From: a virus
Taxonomy: Duplodnaviria > Caudoviricetes
Virus record (IMG/VR): IMGVR_UViG_3300021255_002056
Location: 21,081 to 85,080 of that record
DNA length: 64,000 nt
Reading direction: 5' to 3' (one strand)
A model generated the notes under the pieces. It searched no databases, was not told the DNA's origin, and saw only the letters and a list, made by a program, of their open reading frames with translations. Shown in pieces: positions 22,201 to 31,433 of the stretch. The position numbers were made by a program, and so were the translations under genes. Within the stretch, counting starts at the first letter, position 1; the number at the start of each line of letters is the position of its first letter.

Positions 22201-23780
22201 TTAACTAAATCATATTGAACTGTAGCATAATCAAGACCAGCTTCAGCTAGTTTATTAATACGTTCCTCTCCGTTTCCATATTTACCAGACCAAATATCAT
22301 TATAAATTTGCTGAATATGGGCAAGAGAATCAACTGCATCGGAAGCATCACCAACAGACTCTTTTAACTTTTCAACATAATCTTTGGTAAACTTACTTAA
22401 TAAATTAGCTATACCAGCTTTTCTATTAGGAGAAGCTTCGCTTTCAATTATTGCGTTTCCATGGCCAAGAGCATTCGCTAAAGAACCATATTGCTGAATT
22501 AATTTTTCAACATTCCAGCCATTGTCCTTTAAAAACGTTTTAAATGACTTGTCGTAGTCTTCGAAATCAAGACCACTTTCGGTCATAACATTTTTTATTT
22601 GGTCATAATTACTGCTAAAAGCTTTTGCCAATACATCATTACGAACATCACCGGCACTAGCAAAAATATCATACAAATCGTTTGCTAAATTTGTCCATGT
22701 TTCTTTTGCTTGAGTGTAATCGCCAAAGAATAATTCAAAACTTTTCAACCATTTTGAAGAAACAGCGTCTTTTGTCGCATCAATCGCCTCGTTGAATGTT
22801 TTGGCTTCCTGAGCAGCTTTTGCAGCACGTAGATAAATATCATCATAATCCTGCGCTAAATACTTATAAGCATCAGAATATGTGTCAAATTTACCAGCTT
22901 CTACGAGTTCATCAGCCATCTGGGTATATTTAGCGAATTTGCCGAATGTTTCTTCCATTACGGTTGTATCAGCCCAACCTTCTTTTAAAGTTTCGCTAAA
23001 ATTTCCTATATCGACAATGGTTTTCTTAACTGTTTGTCCGTTCTTATTGAGTCTTCCTAACTCGATTGCAGTCTCAATAAATGATTGCTTTAATTCTTTA
23101 GAAGCAACGCCTGCAAGCTCTAAAGACTTCCAATCCATATATTTCAGAGCTCCAGCTCCATAGGATTGATTTAAATTGTAAATAGCTCTACTAAATTCTG
23201 CAGGTCCTTTACCAGCAAATGCAACGGCATTCGCAATACCGGTTATCATCGGTACGAGTCGTTCAATATCACCGCCATTAGTTGTCAACTGAGCTAATGA
23301 CCCAGCCATCTCATTAAAACCGTAAGATGTCTCATCTGAAAATCTCATTAATTTATCAAGATAGCCATTAATATTATCAAGATCTCTTCCTGTTGAATTT
23401 AATAATGTCTGTACTGATTTTACCTTATCTTCATATTTACTATATCCTTGATAAAATGTTTCAATACCAGACATGGTTTTTATGAAATTTGGTGCAAATT
23501 CCATAGTTAAAAAATTGCCAATGGCACGTAAAGCACCAATACCAACTTCTTTTAAACCATTAAATTTATTCTTTGCTTCGTCTACACCGCTTACAAGTAC
23601 TTTTAAATCAAATTTCTTAGCTGCGTCTTCTAATTCTTCAATACCTTTTTTTGCACCGTCAAACTTAGATGCTTTCTCGAAACGGTTTAACGAGTCAATA
23701 GACTGTTGAACTTTCTTTTCAAATTGATCGTTTTCAAACTGTAACGATACAACTTTTTCGTCAATTGTTCTACTCATCAA
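16224..23780 (-). CDS. Tape measure protein
   Basis: 2518 aa, helical, N-terminal TMP domain (YSDETSYGFNEM-like), central hydrophobic repeats; follows the tail chaperones. Confidence 0.93.
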   Translation of the reverse strand: MMSRTIDEKVVSLQFENDQFEKKVQQSIDSLNRFEKASKFDGAKKGIEELEDAAKKFDLKVLVSGVDEAKNKFNGLKEVGIGALRAIGNFLTMEFAPNFIKTMSGIETFYQGYSKYEDKVKSVQTLLNSTGRDLDNINGYLDKLMRFSDETSYGFNEMAGSLAQLTTNGGDIERLVPMITGIANAVAFAGKGPAEFSRAIYNLNQSYGAGALKYMDWKSLELAGVASKELKQSFIETAIELGRLNKNGQTVKKTIVDIGNFSETLKEGWADTTVMEETFGKFAKYTQMADELVEAGKFDTYSDAYKYLAQDYDDIYLRAAKAAQEAKTFNEAIDATKDAVSSKWLKSFELFFGDYTQAKETWTNLANDLYDIFASAGDVRNDVLAKAFSSNYDQIKNVMTESGLDFEDYDKSFKTFLKDNGWNVEKLIQQYGSLANALGHGNAIIESEASPNRKAGIANLLSKFTKDYVEKLKESVGDASDAVDSLAHIQQIYNDIWSGKYGNGEERINKLAEAGLDYATVQYDLVNKMAELGHKAGYELTAKDIEHLSEAQLENLGVSKKDAAAIKEFIASLEDADAPLSKILEKLNQKSGQVLLSETITNITGTIKNLKNILGEFWKNLFGWDFSEIIYDIVLKVHDFTEAIKNATGNSAIIEKIKTVAPVIKNAFSSIDKLGNSINTLFKTLKEGLVGTITRLIQPSLKAFKDNVVKLVPSFDKVKISLSDFVDGLTTGVDRMTEWIKNSGLFTGDFSKLTTIVNSAIDSTRNFIGQFVNLENVKSLFDGISDSVSKWISKFIDLNKVSMSIKDALAYLKNLSFESAFNDLKKLPVLLWNAVKNLSFENIINNLRNLPLSFANAFKRLKTIKLSSFFKSLDIHGFVNKIVEKIKDIPNTIVSVFSNLKKINLSDYFNFDFFKSEEFINTIKGSPILSVLAGIGIAVGNLVKGIYNTVRDGIKAIYPIVEPYLEGFREKVVELSEKIIEASKRAVDWLSNNNVILETIQNGAELIGNAIDRVKKWLEQFVQIESVSENISSILNNIKNFSLKNLSFDTIRESAEGFFGTVNTKFNELKDKKLNINDFLKPLSLSNGLSAVNADMIKGFNDIINTIEDTISKLDIDWDKLSSITTEIRKRFEQLAGFLTGYVLVSGIGKAMNSVSTFLNGLLTPIETINDVLKSFAGVGKQLSTTIGQVGTSISGYFNQMTKNVKTENILKVAIAITILTAAMYVLAKIDPIALLEAIGAIAALLTIVAVFNHFVGKSSKSLGDVSDNGINKLTALMLGMAAAVTVLSIALKNFEQINDITQSALLAIGSMIALVVGVGSLIAIMKKYGDKDAIVSAGMLIGFAGSIYILAVALQKMSKIHFEDIGSAIAGFIGSVILMLAASRAIKGLNAGASLPILSIVGTLFVLSKALDKLSSMDLEKSISGIMNLTISMISAIPLLVSLVVAMKLLNSISTDFLGMAAFTISLIASVFLFGKAIEKLGEIDKNLLIKGGATVSVLMIVMGIIASFTAWISSFNPKTKEATSWKNIIAMGVLIGSIAISLYALAGAVLIFKNMDVDELIKGVGSVVALLLGIGGMVGLMGKAVGNFNPNSVKALATLITMIALVAGSIFVLSFLDTNKLIVSVGSIVSVLGTLGLLFFTISKFGTTNLGQVGIALASMAVILAEVGAALYVLTTNIKDPQVALQIANGLSEVIAALSGAILALSIAGSLASISLSTVGPLLSVFAALLTVVTVASAILSQNADISQEDIDRFAMFMKGFGDAIGGFAGSLIENIGGGLIASIANGLERIGASIAGFVESVKPLFEMETPSDFTAKITAVSSVIDVFGAKTFINSIRTLGQNNNLNFEKVGEFFSAYATVITSFSDEIKTISPAKLDSAAKIGEMFTNLSSSLGRSGGLIDLIVGKKTNLEDFGRGMNSYARALVNMSNILVGGTEGSGFNSDALTIAATAGETMRELETSLGSKGGLLQKIIGESDLGDFGDRITSFARGLVEMSNIFVNGDEETGSKGFNDAVLERVVKAGEALRDLEDSVASSKSLMSLLKGSDEGNLGDFGARIKKFAEGLTEGLNAFTYIQTTTSKEFSTITETIPGAGEVSIRKSLNPDRFEILGNIIDSVIELSGKFVELENSLNPTEGTFSGGSNIKALGKGIASFAGSFKSFVNDFPPTIPDTEQVQKMLDISTMIAEMAESDNMSGIETTLSAAGEKVKQYASGLKEIVNSVLAGDSTTESEGESAAEGFGSSFLGIFGSLFNNEQLTEQVETGATETGTTYLSSLSKVLTESDAVKSLHKNVDKTVQELIKHFSESEYEGHKMTTVGIFTTMGKNWVKGLADGMDEMAISVLYPKAEEIAKKTSQIVGDNWMVNSPSKVAYELGSFFVMGLTNGISDLSEDAIATAGDAANKISNAVQMALHASDDILNSEYNPIISPVLDTANILEGAKSINGLLSSEDQYDAALNISSARLGIQNGVLGKNSSGVTVNFTVNNAGRDLSEADVMRYSRQIANEVNRILGSAI

Positions 23781-24219
23781 CTATCTCCTTCCATGCATCT
23801 TTTGCTATCTTGTCAAAAATAGGCTGAATAGCAGGATTGATGTAATCAATGCCTTCTACCCAGCCTCCAGTTCCAGTACTATGTCCGTACTGTAATAAAA
23901 TAGCAACCTGGACAGTATATTGCCTTTTACCAGTACTACCGTTTTTGTTTTTTGCTGTATAATCAGCAGACACAACATTAGAATTACAAAATTCTATGCC
24001 AAGTACTTGCTTTTCTTCATTAACTTTAATTCTATAGAACCAAGAATCTCTAGTGTTCCCAGTATCAACTGGCGTAACAGATTTTAATGCTTCGACACCT
24101 TGTTCACCATATTTATCAAGAAGCCATGTTTTAAGCAAAAGCTTTTTTATTGGATTCTTTATATCCGCAAGATACTTAAAGGCTTTATCGTAATGCCCTT
24201 TTGATTTAATTCTAAGCAT
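23770..24219 (-). CDS. Tail completion protein (HK97 gp10-like)
   Basis: TPVDTGNTRDSW and YGHSTGTGGWVEG motifs; position. Confidence 0.7.
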   Translation of the reverse strand: MLRIKSKGHYDKAFKYLADIKNPIKKLLLKTWLLDKYGEQGVEALKSVTPVDTGNTRDSWFYRIKVNEEKQVLGIEFCNSNVVSADYTAKNKNGSTGKRQYTVQVAILLQYGHSTGTGGWVEGIDYINPAIQPIFDKIAKDAWKEIVDE

Positions 24220-24237
24220 TTTAAAACCTCCAAATCT

Positions 24238-24780
24238 CTAGCCTCGACTATGAAGTTTTGCCCTTCTAGCTTGATTCAAAGCCTTATTTCTACTGATTAT
24301 TTCTTTTTGGCTCATCTTCTTATCCGGACTATTTTTACTTGCGCAGACACGAATTAAAGTCATCAGTCTACTTAAATGCCATTTTTGGCATTCAAACGGA
24401 ATATTATAACTGATCATCCAATAATAGATTATCTCAGCTGTAATTATCTCCCTGCTTGTACTCTTTTTTTCGTCACTAAAAGTAGTGGCTGTCATTGGAT
24501 CGTTGATGTAATTATTTATCTTTATTAGATCTTTTTGCGAAATACAATAATATATAATTGGATCTACATTTTGGGTTAAAGTCATGCACCTAATGTAGTC
24601 AATTTCTTCCTCTTTCGTTTTATTGTTTAATGAAAGATAAGGTTTTTTCCATTTAGATTCCCATTTTGAAATAGAAACCAATGAATGCTCTAAAACAAGA
24701 GTTACATCATTTTTAATATTAATGAACTCTTGTTTTTTTTCGTCAAACCATTCGCCTTTATGGATGACAAGTTTGTACAT
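24238..24780 (-). CDS. Tail assembly chaperone, downstream
   Basis: LEHSLVSISKWESKW, WHLSRLMTLI; lies between the upstream chaperone and the TMP. Confidence 0.65.
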   Translation of the reverse strand: MYKLVIHKGEWFDEKKQEFINIKNDVTLVLEHSLVSISKWESKWKKPYLSLNNKTKEEEIDYIRCMTLTQNVDPIIYYCISQKDLIKINNYINDPMTATTFSDEKKSTSREIITAEIIYYWMISYNIPFECQKWHLSRLMTLIRVCASKNSPDKKMSQKEIISRNKALNQARRAKLHSRG

Positions 24781-25223
24781 TATTCAGCTTTTAAATTCTC
24801 TAATAGTTTCTTTGTGTCGTCATCAATTTCGCCATTAGCAATTGCTTCATTAGCCTTAGCTGCTAAATCTGCAGGTAAAATACCATTGATGAACGCTGAA
24901 GCTGAATCAGTATTTGTAGCAAGCTCCATGTAAATTTCGGAATAAGCTTCTGTTGAAGCAAAATCTTCGCGAATTTCGTCTGACTTCTTAAATCTCTTAC
25001 CATCTTCCGACTTAATACCGTAAGCAAGAAGAATAATTTTCTTAAACAACTTAATTAACGCTGGCGTGTCTTTAGCATTTACAATTTTCTTAATGATTTC
25101 TAACAAACCGCCATCGGTTGAAAGCTGCATGTCAATTAATTCAGCTTTCGTAAAATTGAAGTAAAAATCTTCTGTTCTTTCTACTCCATTAAAATCAGTG
25201 TAAGTAACAGTCTTTTTATACAT
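24780..25223 (-). CDS. Tail assembly chaperone, upstream
   Basis: MYKKTVTYTDFNG...FYFNFTKAEL; directly after the major tail protein. Confidence 0.65.
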   Translation of the reverse strand: MYKKTVTYTDFNGVERTEDFYFNFTKAELIDMQLSTDGGLLEIIKKIVNAKDTPALIKLFKKIILLAYGIKSEDGKRFKKSDEIREDFASTEAYSEIYMELATNTDSASAFINGILPADLAAKANEAIANGEIDDDTKKLLENLKAE

Positions 25224-25239
25224 AATTCTCTCCTTTCAT

Positions 25240-25275
25240 AAATAAAGGGCTGAATAGAAAACTAGACAGCCCTTC
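25240..25275 (-). terminator. Hairpin after the major tail gene
   Basis: AAGGGCTG...CAGCCCTT stem followed by TATTT on the minus strand. Confidence 0.55.
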
Positions 25276-25295
25276 CCCATTTTGATTATTTGCTA

Positions 25296-25976
25296 CTAAG
25301 CTAAAATAGTCTTGATTTCATCTGGTAAAGGAAGTCTTGCAGAAGTTCCTTCGCCACCAGAAGCACCATCAGTTCCGTAAAGAACATCTTCAAGGGCTTT
25401 TAACTTCGAAGCTTCGAGTTTCGTTGAATCAATTTCAAGAGTACAAGTAGGCTTGAAACCAGTTACTGGAACCGGAGTACAAGAAACTTCCCAAGACATT
25501 TCAACTGCAGACGGTGAATCGTTTACTGTGTCATGCGTCTTTGCAGAAGGAGATGCCTTACAGCCATAAACAATATGCAGTTTATAACCATAGTTATCAC
25601 CCTGAGTATCATTTCCGACGATTGTTCTGTAGCAGAAGCCAAAAGGCTGACGAGCCTGCTGACCAATAACTACGCCTTTAGCATCATTATCAAGTAAGGA
25701 TGCTGAGCCATCACACGCTTCAAATTCATCAGGATAAGTGTAAGCTCTAATTGTGCCGCCGTATTCTTCAGCTGAGAACATTGTGATATAGTTAATATCA
25801 TCTGCCCACAATTTGGTTGGTTCTGCACCTGAAGGATTTTCATCAAAGCCTAAAAGACCATTCCAAGCGACTCCTTTAGAATAGACATTGCTGCTGTCGA
25901 TCAGATAGAGAACTGCATTACGAGCACCAGTTTCATATACTTTTTCACCAATCTGATCCCAAACTAATTTGGCCAT
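25296..25976 (-). CDS. Major tail protein
   Basis: MAKLVWDQIGEKVYETG, YTYPDEF, FGFCYRT; typical siphovirus tail tube. Confidence 0.88.
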   Translation of the reverse strand: MAKLVWDQIGEKVYETGARNAVLYLIDSSNVYSKGVAWNGLLGFDENPSGAEPTKLWADDINYITMFSAEEYGGTIRAYTYPDEFEACDGSASLLDNDAKGVVIGQQARQPFGFCYRTIVGNDTQGDNYGYKLHIVYGCKASPSAKTHDTVNDSPSAVEMSWEVSCTPVPVTGFKPTCTLEIDSTKLEASKLKALEDVLYGTDGASGGEGTSARLPLPDEIKTILA

Positions 25977-25988
25977 TTTATTCCTCCA

Positions 25989-26300
25989 TTAAAAATATAA
26001 ATTAAACACATCATGATAAAGATTATCTGAAACAAAACGGCGATCATATGAACAGTATGGAAGTTCCAATAATTTGTCCACATAATCGTCGTTGTCCGGA
26101 TTTCTATCAATTAATGTTATAGTATACCGATTTAATCCTTTATAAGATGTATCATCGGCGTAATCAATATCTCGTGAAGCTCTTTCATAAACTATACACG
26201 GATACTTTATCAAGTGTTGCGCAGGAGATTGAAAATAAACGTTTTTATTACCTAAGATTTCTCTAAAAATCGGAGAAAGCTCAATTCGGTTCCTCGCCAT
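25989..26300 (-). CDS. Tail terminator protein
   Basis: VYFQSP...KYPCIVY motif, precedes the major tail gene. Confidence 0.7.
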   Translation of the reverse strand: MARNRIELSPIFREILGNKNVYFQSPAQHLIKYPCIVYERASRDIDYADDTSYKGLNRYTITLIDRNPDNDDYVDKLLELPYCSYDRRFVSDNLYHDVFNLYF

Positions 26301-26607
26301 TCCACAAACCTCCTAACGACATAATTAATCTGGGATACTGAACTTCGATATCATTAATCTTCCATTTAGTTCCCATAAATGTAACATATTTCATTCGATA
26401 GAAATTCTCTCTAGCATATGGATCGGCAATAAAACTTATTTGATTTGAAATGTTGAAACCGTCATTTATCTGACCAGCAGCGCCATTAATTTTGTTATTT
26501 CTTAAAATATCGCCATAATACGATCTTTCGATTATGTGTTCAACCCAAACATCAGGAGCTGTCTCTTCAGTAACTGCAAAGCCTATTTGCCCATACCATT
26601 TCGCCAT
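26281..26607 (-). CDS. Head closure / head-tail adaptor
   Basis: MAKWYGQIGF...ISFIADPY; follows the capsid gene. Confidence 0.7.
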   Translation of the reverse strand: MAKWYGQIGFAVTEETAPDVWVEHIIERSYYGDILRNNKINGAAGQINDGFNISNQISFIADPYARENFYRMKYVTFMGTKWKINDIEVQYPRLIMSLGGLWNGEEPN

Positions 26608-26645
26608 TTTGAATTATTCCTTTCTATCGAACGAACCTATTTGTA

Positions 26646-28478
26646 CTATTCTCCAGTAGTACCGTCAGCTGCTTTCAGAACGATAGCAGAGTGAGGAAGT
26701 ACTAAAGCACCAGAGCAACGAGTTTCAATCAAATACTTCATCTTGTTGTAGTCGATATCGAAATCGTCGAACAGAGATACTTCGCCACCCTTGTTCATAC
26801 CAACATTGTAGTCGTTCAGATCGAGAGCAACAGCGTAAACATCTTCTGGCATAACGCTAGTCGGAACCTTGACAACACGGTCAACAGACATTGCAGAAGC
26901 AACTTCATTCATGCCTTTGTAAAGTCTCTGACCAATCTTATCTTCCATTAACAGAATGTCAGAAACGATATCAGTCCTAACGAATGCAGTGATGTTACCA
27001 GAACCCTCATAGTCGTCAAGAGACTTAACCATCTGATTAGTAACAGCATGAGCTAATGTTTCATCATCCTTAGGCGTAACGGTATATGCCATTGCATAAA
27101 GATTTTCTTCTGTATCCTTAACAACTGGGATAATGTTTTGTTCATTGATCTTATCAGGATCAGTAGTAGATCTGCCATCACCGAAAATATAAGCACGTGC
27201 CCTTTCTTCATCAAGCTTCATGCGCATTTCTTTCTTGACCCAAGCGATCATATCAATATCAGTGATATCGATGACATCGTCACGGTCAAAGCTCTGAAGC
27301 TTGTAAATAGTTGTCGGATCAACTTTTCTCTTTAAGAGTTTGAAGACTTCTTCGACCTTCTTAGTACCCTTAACATAACCCTTAGCTCTAGCTGTAGCAG
27401 GAGTAATGTCAGCGTGCGTCATCTTGATCTTAGCGAACGGAGTCTTATGCACACCATTGTTGATTACAGAAATCCATCCATTAGGAATAGTGTTTACAAA
27501 CGGAATATCGTTCGAAACATTTCTATATTCCGGTGCCAAATAGTCAAGATGCTCAACACTATGAACAAGAACTTCTTCATTGTTCAGTCCATGAGCTAAT
27601 AAAGATTCCTTAACAGAACCGTATCTCTTTGCATCCTGCAAAGCGCTCATAATTTCAGCAGACATGCCATCGTTTTCGATGACTTCTTCATTGTCAAACG
27701 CGTTATGCTTCATTTCTTTTTCCTCTTCTTCATCATCATTTTCGCCAGCAGAAGCTAAAGCTTCGCCGACAAGGTATTCAGTAACTTTTCTCTGTTCAGG
27801 CGTCATAGAATCTAAAACGTCTTTTACAGTCATATCATCTTTTTTATCAGCCATTTCTTTTTCCTCTCCGTTTTTGTCTGATTCATCAGCAGAATGAGTA
27901 AGTTCTTCTTTTCTTTCAGTTTCTTCTACCGTTTCTTTATCTTTAACTTCCTCTTTTTCTGATTCTTCAGGATCATCTACAACTTCGATTTCATCAGATT
28001 CGTCACTATGCTCGACAATTAAATCTTCGCCAGTATAGATTTCAGCTCCAACAGCTACTGGATCGTCATCAATACTGTGTGCCATCACATATTCAATCGA
28101 TGCTCCAGGATTTGCTCCAGCAAGAACTAAGCTAACTTCTCTAATAACACCATGCAAAACATCACCATTAGGCGTTTGCTTCAATCCATTAGCAAAGATT
28201 GATAAGCTAGCAATGTCACCATGCTGCAAAATAGCTTTAATCCTTTGTGATTTAGGAAGCTCATTGAAATAGCCATACGCTTTTACACCCTCATCGGAGT
28301 TCTTCAATAGCGCATGGCCTAAAATGTTGTCTGGATCATTATGCTGATGATTCCAAACAAGCGGTACGGTAACACCATCACAATCTTTGAACGCATTATG
28401 ACGAATCGTTCTTCCGTCGGAGCATTTTAAATCGTTTCTAGTGGCCCAACCCCAAAAATCGTAATCTTTTTTAGCCAT
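26646..28478 (-). CDS. Prohead protease-scaffold-major capsid fusion (HK97 fold)
   Basis: N-terminal protease (LVWNHQH, ASLSI, EVSLV), acidic linker, C-terminal capsid domain (FDDFDIDYNKMKYLIETR). Confidence 0.88.
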   Translation of the reverse strand: MAKKDYDFWGWATRNDLKCSDGRTIRHNAFKDCDGVTVPLVWNHQHNDPDNILGHALLKNSDEGVKAYGYFNELPKSQRIKAILQHGDIASLSIFANGLKQTPNGDVLHGVIREVSLVLAGANPGASIEYVMAHSIDDDPVAVGAEIYTGEDLIVEHSDESDEIEVVDDPEESEKEEVKDKETVEETERKEELTHSADESDKNGEEKEMADKKDDMTVKDVLDSMTPEQRKVTEYLVGEALASAGENDDEEEEKEMKHNAFDNEEVIENDGMSAEIMSALQDAKRYGSVKESLLAHGLNNEEVLVHSVEHLDYLAPEYRNVSNDIPFVNTIPNGWISVINNGVHKTPFAKIKMTHADITPATARAKGYVKGTKKVEEVFKLLKRKVDPTTIYKLQSFDRDDVIDITDIDMIAWVKKEMRMKLDEERARAYIFGDGRSTTDPDKINEQNIIPVVKDTEENLYAMAYTVTPKDDETLAHAVTNQMVKSLDDYEGSGNITAFVRTDIVSDILLMEDKIGQRLYKGMNEVASAMSVDRVVKVPTSVMPEDVYAVALDLNDYNVGMNKGGEVSLFDDFDIDYNKMKYLIETRCSGALVLPHSAIVLKAADGTTGE

Positions 28479-28499
28479 TTTGAATTTTTACTCCTTTGT

Positions 28500-29798
28500 T
28501 TAAATCTCAGATATTTTTAATTCACCCAAGCTTTGATTTTCATTGCCATTGGATTGCCCTTCACTTTCCTCAGGAACAGTATCTGCGACATTCGGGAAAT
28601 TATCGCCAGTTGCCTGGTTAATGTTCTTATTTCTAAGTTCATTAGCTCTTGGATCGTCTGACGGAAGTAACCCAACTACCTGCCTGAATTCATTAGAAGA
28701 CATAATTTCATTTCTCGTAAACTTATCAGCTAACTCAGCAAGTTTAGATGTTGGCACAAGCTTGAATGGATCCCTAAAGAACGCTATTGACTGATGCTGT
28801 GTAATCGCGGTCTTTGTTAGAAACTTTCGTTTCATTTCATCTGCAATAGCTGAAACAATAGGCTCAATAGTTCGCGAGTAGTAATTGATCATAGTTTGCT
28901 CGTCAGCTGTTCCGTCAAGTATCGCCGTAGTGATTCCTAACTGCCCGTATAAGATGTTTGTCAAGTATTCAATACGTGATAAAAGATCGTTCTCCAACGG
29001 ACGATTCAACTGTGTGATCTTTTCTGTTGCGTCGACATATGCTATACCGTATTTACTTCCGGTAAGCTGCATCTCAATGTCTTTACGACGTTGCTCTGCT
29101 TGCTGCCTTTTTGTTTCAGTTTTAACTAAATAAGGCAACTGAATAATCATATCCAGTTTACCCGATCCGCTTTGTTCATCTACAATGTCCATTAACGTTA
29201 AAGTACGAATTAATCGCTGCAACGTTGAGTTTGGCTCATTCATTATTGAATATAGCGGATTTTCAATGATTGCAACGTTCTTTTTAGCAAACCATAATTC
29301 CTCATGACCGCCAGTTCGATCGTTGTAAACATTGACCTTTACATTGTCGGGAGACCAACCAACGATCTTCCCGACACGTAAAGAGAGTATATCAAAAGAC
29401 CCCTTATCGGGATCTATTGATGTATCGATTGGTACAATTGCTATTGTGCCTTCATCAAACATTGACATAACAATATCTTGAATAAAAGCTCGTCCGGTCT
29501 GATCTTTATTTGCCGAAATTGATAAGCAATCGTTTAATCTTGAATCCATCTTGCTTACAAAGTAGCCATTAGCATCAAGCTTTACATGCTCGAATCTAAT
29601 CTGCGCTACATCCAAAGCAATACGGTTATAGATAGATGTGACTATAGTCCTCTCGTTTCCTCGAGACAATCTATGCCGATATGGATTGTATGATGAATAG
29701 GAAACCTGACCATAATCATACATGTAAGGTTCAGGAGTCGGATCCCTATTCATGAAGGCGTTCCATGCGTGGATTAGCCTATCGCCGAATTTTGGCAT
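28500..29798 (-). CDS. Portal protein (HK97-like)
   Basis: 432 aa; IYNRIALDVAQI, FTRNEIMSSNEFR; directly upstream of the capsid gene. Confidence 0.9.
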   Translation of the reverse strand: MPKFGDRLIHAWNAFMNRDPTPEPYMYDYGQVSYSSYNPYRHRLSRGNERTIVTSIYNRIALDVAQIRFEHVKLDANGYFVSKMDSRLNDCLSISANKDQTGRAFIQDIVMSMFDEGTIAIVPIDTSIDPDKGSFDILSLRVGKIVGWSPDNVKVNVYNDRTGGHEELWFAKKNVAIIENPLYSIMNEPNSTLQRLIRTLTLMDIVDEQSGSGKLDMIIQLPYLVKTETKRQQAEQRRKDIEMQLTGSKYGIAYVDATEKITQLNRPLENDLLSRIEYLTNILYGQLGITTAILDGTADEQTMINYYSRTIEPIVSAIADEMKRKFLTKTAITQHQSIAFFRDPFKLVPTSKLAELADKFTRNEIMSSNEFRQVVGLLPSDDPRANELRNKNINQATGDNFPNVADTVPEESEGQSNGNENQSLGELKISEI

Positions 29799-29823
29799 TT
29801 AGGGCTTACCTCCTCTTAAAAAT

Positions 29824-30234
29824 TTAATTTGTAGAACCTAACTGACTAATTAGAGACTCAATTACTCGCCTCTCACTTTCACTCTTGGCTCCATCCATCA
29901 TAGTGCTCTCAAGTTGAGCAATCATTCTATCTTTTACACTATGACCGCTATAGCCTCTGTCTATTGAATAATCATAAGATCTATCTGGATAATAATCACG
30001 GTATGAATTTCCATTATTCATGTTATTATATCGTCCATAATACCTATTGGATCTCATACTATCCATAGAATATGAAGCATCTGAATCATGTTCTTCCACC
30101 ATTTTGATTTTTTCTAAAAGACAAACTGCTTTCGTTGCCATTTCTAATTCAGCAGGTGTAAGATCATTCTTTGCAGTAATTCTATCAAGCTCTTTTCCGA
30201 CAAGTTTGCTGAGCTTTTCTAATGATTCATCCAT
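29824..30234 (-). CDS. Hypothetical, gene 6 of the Cys-rich module
   Basis: Helical N- and C-termini flanking a Tyr/Ser/Arg-rich low-complexity core. Confidence 0.6.
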   Translation of the reverse strand: MDESLEKLSKLVGKELDRITAKNDLTPAELEMATKAVCLLEKIKMVEEHDSDASYSMDSMRSNRYYGRYNNMNNGNSYRDYYPDRSYDYSIDRGYSGHSVKDRMIAQLESTMMDGAKSESERRVIESLISQLGSTN

Positions 30235-30248
30235 TGTTCCACTCCTCC

Positions 30249-30713
30249 TTATCGGCTAATAACAAGATCTGGCCTCGTTAAAATAATATTAGCGTTTTCA
30301 ACCAATACTGCTTGTGAACTAGTGTTCACAACAGAAACGTTTTCACAGCAGCCATTCCATACTTCAACATTAATAGCTCTACTAACATTGAAATATGCAT
30401 TAGCTTCAGTTGGTGTAACTACCATTTCACTTGCAGGAATAATTGAACCATCAATAGACAACGCTAAAGAAATAGGTTCGACTGTTCCGCCTTCAGGAAT
30501 TGCAATATTTGCACCAAAATCAACTAAATACTGGGCCTCTTGTTTCTTGCAACAGCATCCGCATCTATTCGGTGTCCAGCCACTCAATAAGAAATTTCCA
30601 GAACCATCTCTATGTCGGACGAATCCTCTAGTGCATGGCACTGGTGCGTCTGTAAAAACTACGACTCCTCCTTGAGCGACGGTCTGCGTGGCATTTGCAC
30701 TGTATTCAGCCAT
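30249..30713 (-). CDS. BclA-C/C1q-like all-beta protein, gene 5 of the module
   Basis: Beta-rich 154 aa with CGCCCK and GCCE; pattern resembles the BclA C-terminal jelly-roll. Confidence 0.5.
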   Translation of the reverse strand: MAEYSANATQTVAQGGVVVFTDAPVPCTRGFVRHRDGSGNFLLSGWTPNRCGCCCKKQEAQYLVDFGANIAIPEGGTVEPISLALSIDGSIIPASEMVVTPTEANAYFNVSRAINVEVWNGCCENVSVVNTSSQAVLVENANIILTRPDLVISR

Positions 30714-30723
30714 ATGCCACCTC

Positions 30724-31401
30724 CTAGTTGCAGCCGCAGTTGCCCCAACCAGAATTACAGCAATTTGGATTTGGTACAGTGTAAGCAGGGATCGGTGTAG
30801 GATTCAAATACTGTTCTAACGCCTGAGTCTGAGCAGCATTATTAGCTAAAATCTGAGCTGTCTGAGCATTCTGAGATGCTGCAAGAGCCTGCATATTAAG
30901 CTGAGTCCTAAGCTGAGCAATAGTTTCATTCTTAGCTTCGATTTCCTGCTGGCACATCTTATCAAGAATAGCCTGAGTATTAGCTGTGTTAGACGCAATA
31001 ACATCTCTAAGAGCTTCGGTTAATGCGTTCCTATCCGCACAGTTCTCTGTAGCAACAGTGTATTTAATATCAGCAAGATTAGACGTAATGCCATTTAAAG
31101 CCTGAAGAGTATTCATATTGCCATTGCAACGTGAAACTTCGGCATTAGCAAATCCAGTAGATACAGCTGAAGTGAGACCATTAATACCGCTCATAACTGC
31201 CTGCTGATCAAAACCTTTTTGCATACCGCCATCTCCATATCCTCCGCGACCAAAAGTATTTCCGTTCATCATGAACAGGAATAATACTAAAAGCCACCAA
31301 GCTCCATCACCATTAAATCCAAAACCATTTCCATTGTTACCGCCAGTTACAGCTGCAACATCTGCTGCAGATAAACCAGAACCGTAATCAGTAAGCGCCA
31401 T
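30724..31401 (-). CDS. Gly/Asn-rich membrane-anchored coiled-coil protein, gene 4 of the module
   Basis: GGNNGNGFGFNGDG, hydrophobic AWWLLVLFLFMM, Q/A coiled coil, C-terminal NCCNSGWGNCGCN. Confidence 0.7.
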   Translation of the reverse strand: MALTDYGSGLSAADVAAVTGGNNGNGFGFNGDGAWWLLVLFLFMMNGNTFGRGGYGDGGMQKGFDQQAVMSGINGLTSAVSTGFANAEVSRCNGNMNTLQALNGITSNLADIKYTVATENCADRNALTEALRDVIASNTANTQAILDKMCQQEIEAKNETIAQLRTQLNMQALAASQNAQTAQILANNAAQTQALEQYLNPTPIPAYTVPNPNCCNSGWGNCGCN

Positions 31402-31433
31402 AGTGCGAATTTTACCTCCTTAATAATTATCTT

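Noticed and set aside
16939-23709. Many plus-strand ORFs up to 374 aa
   Set aside because: They are antisense shadows of the tape measure gene, with no RBS or recognisable motifs; the same applies to plus-strand ORFs throughout the window.
24770-24800. Programmed frameshift between the tail chaperones
   Set aside because: No clear slippery heptamer seen; the genes are joined by a simple TAATG stop-start overlap.
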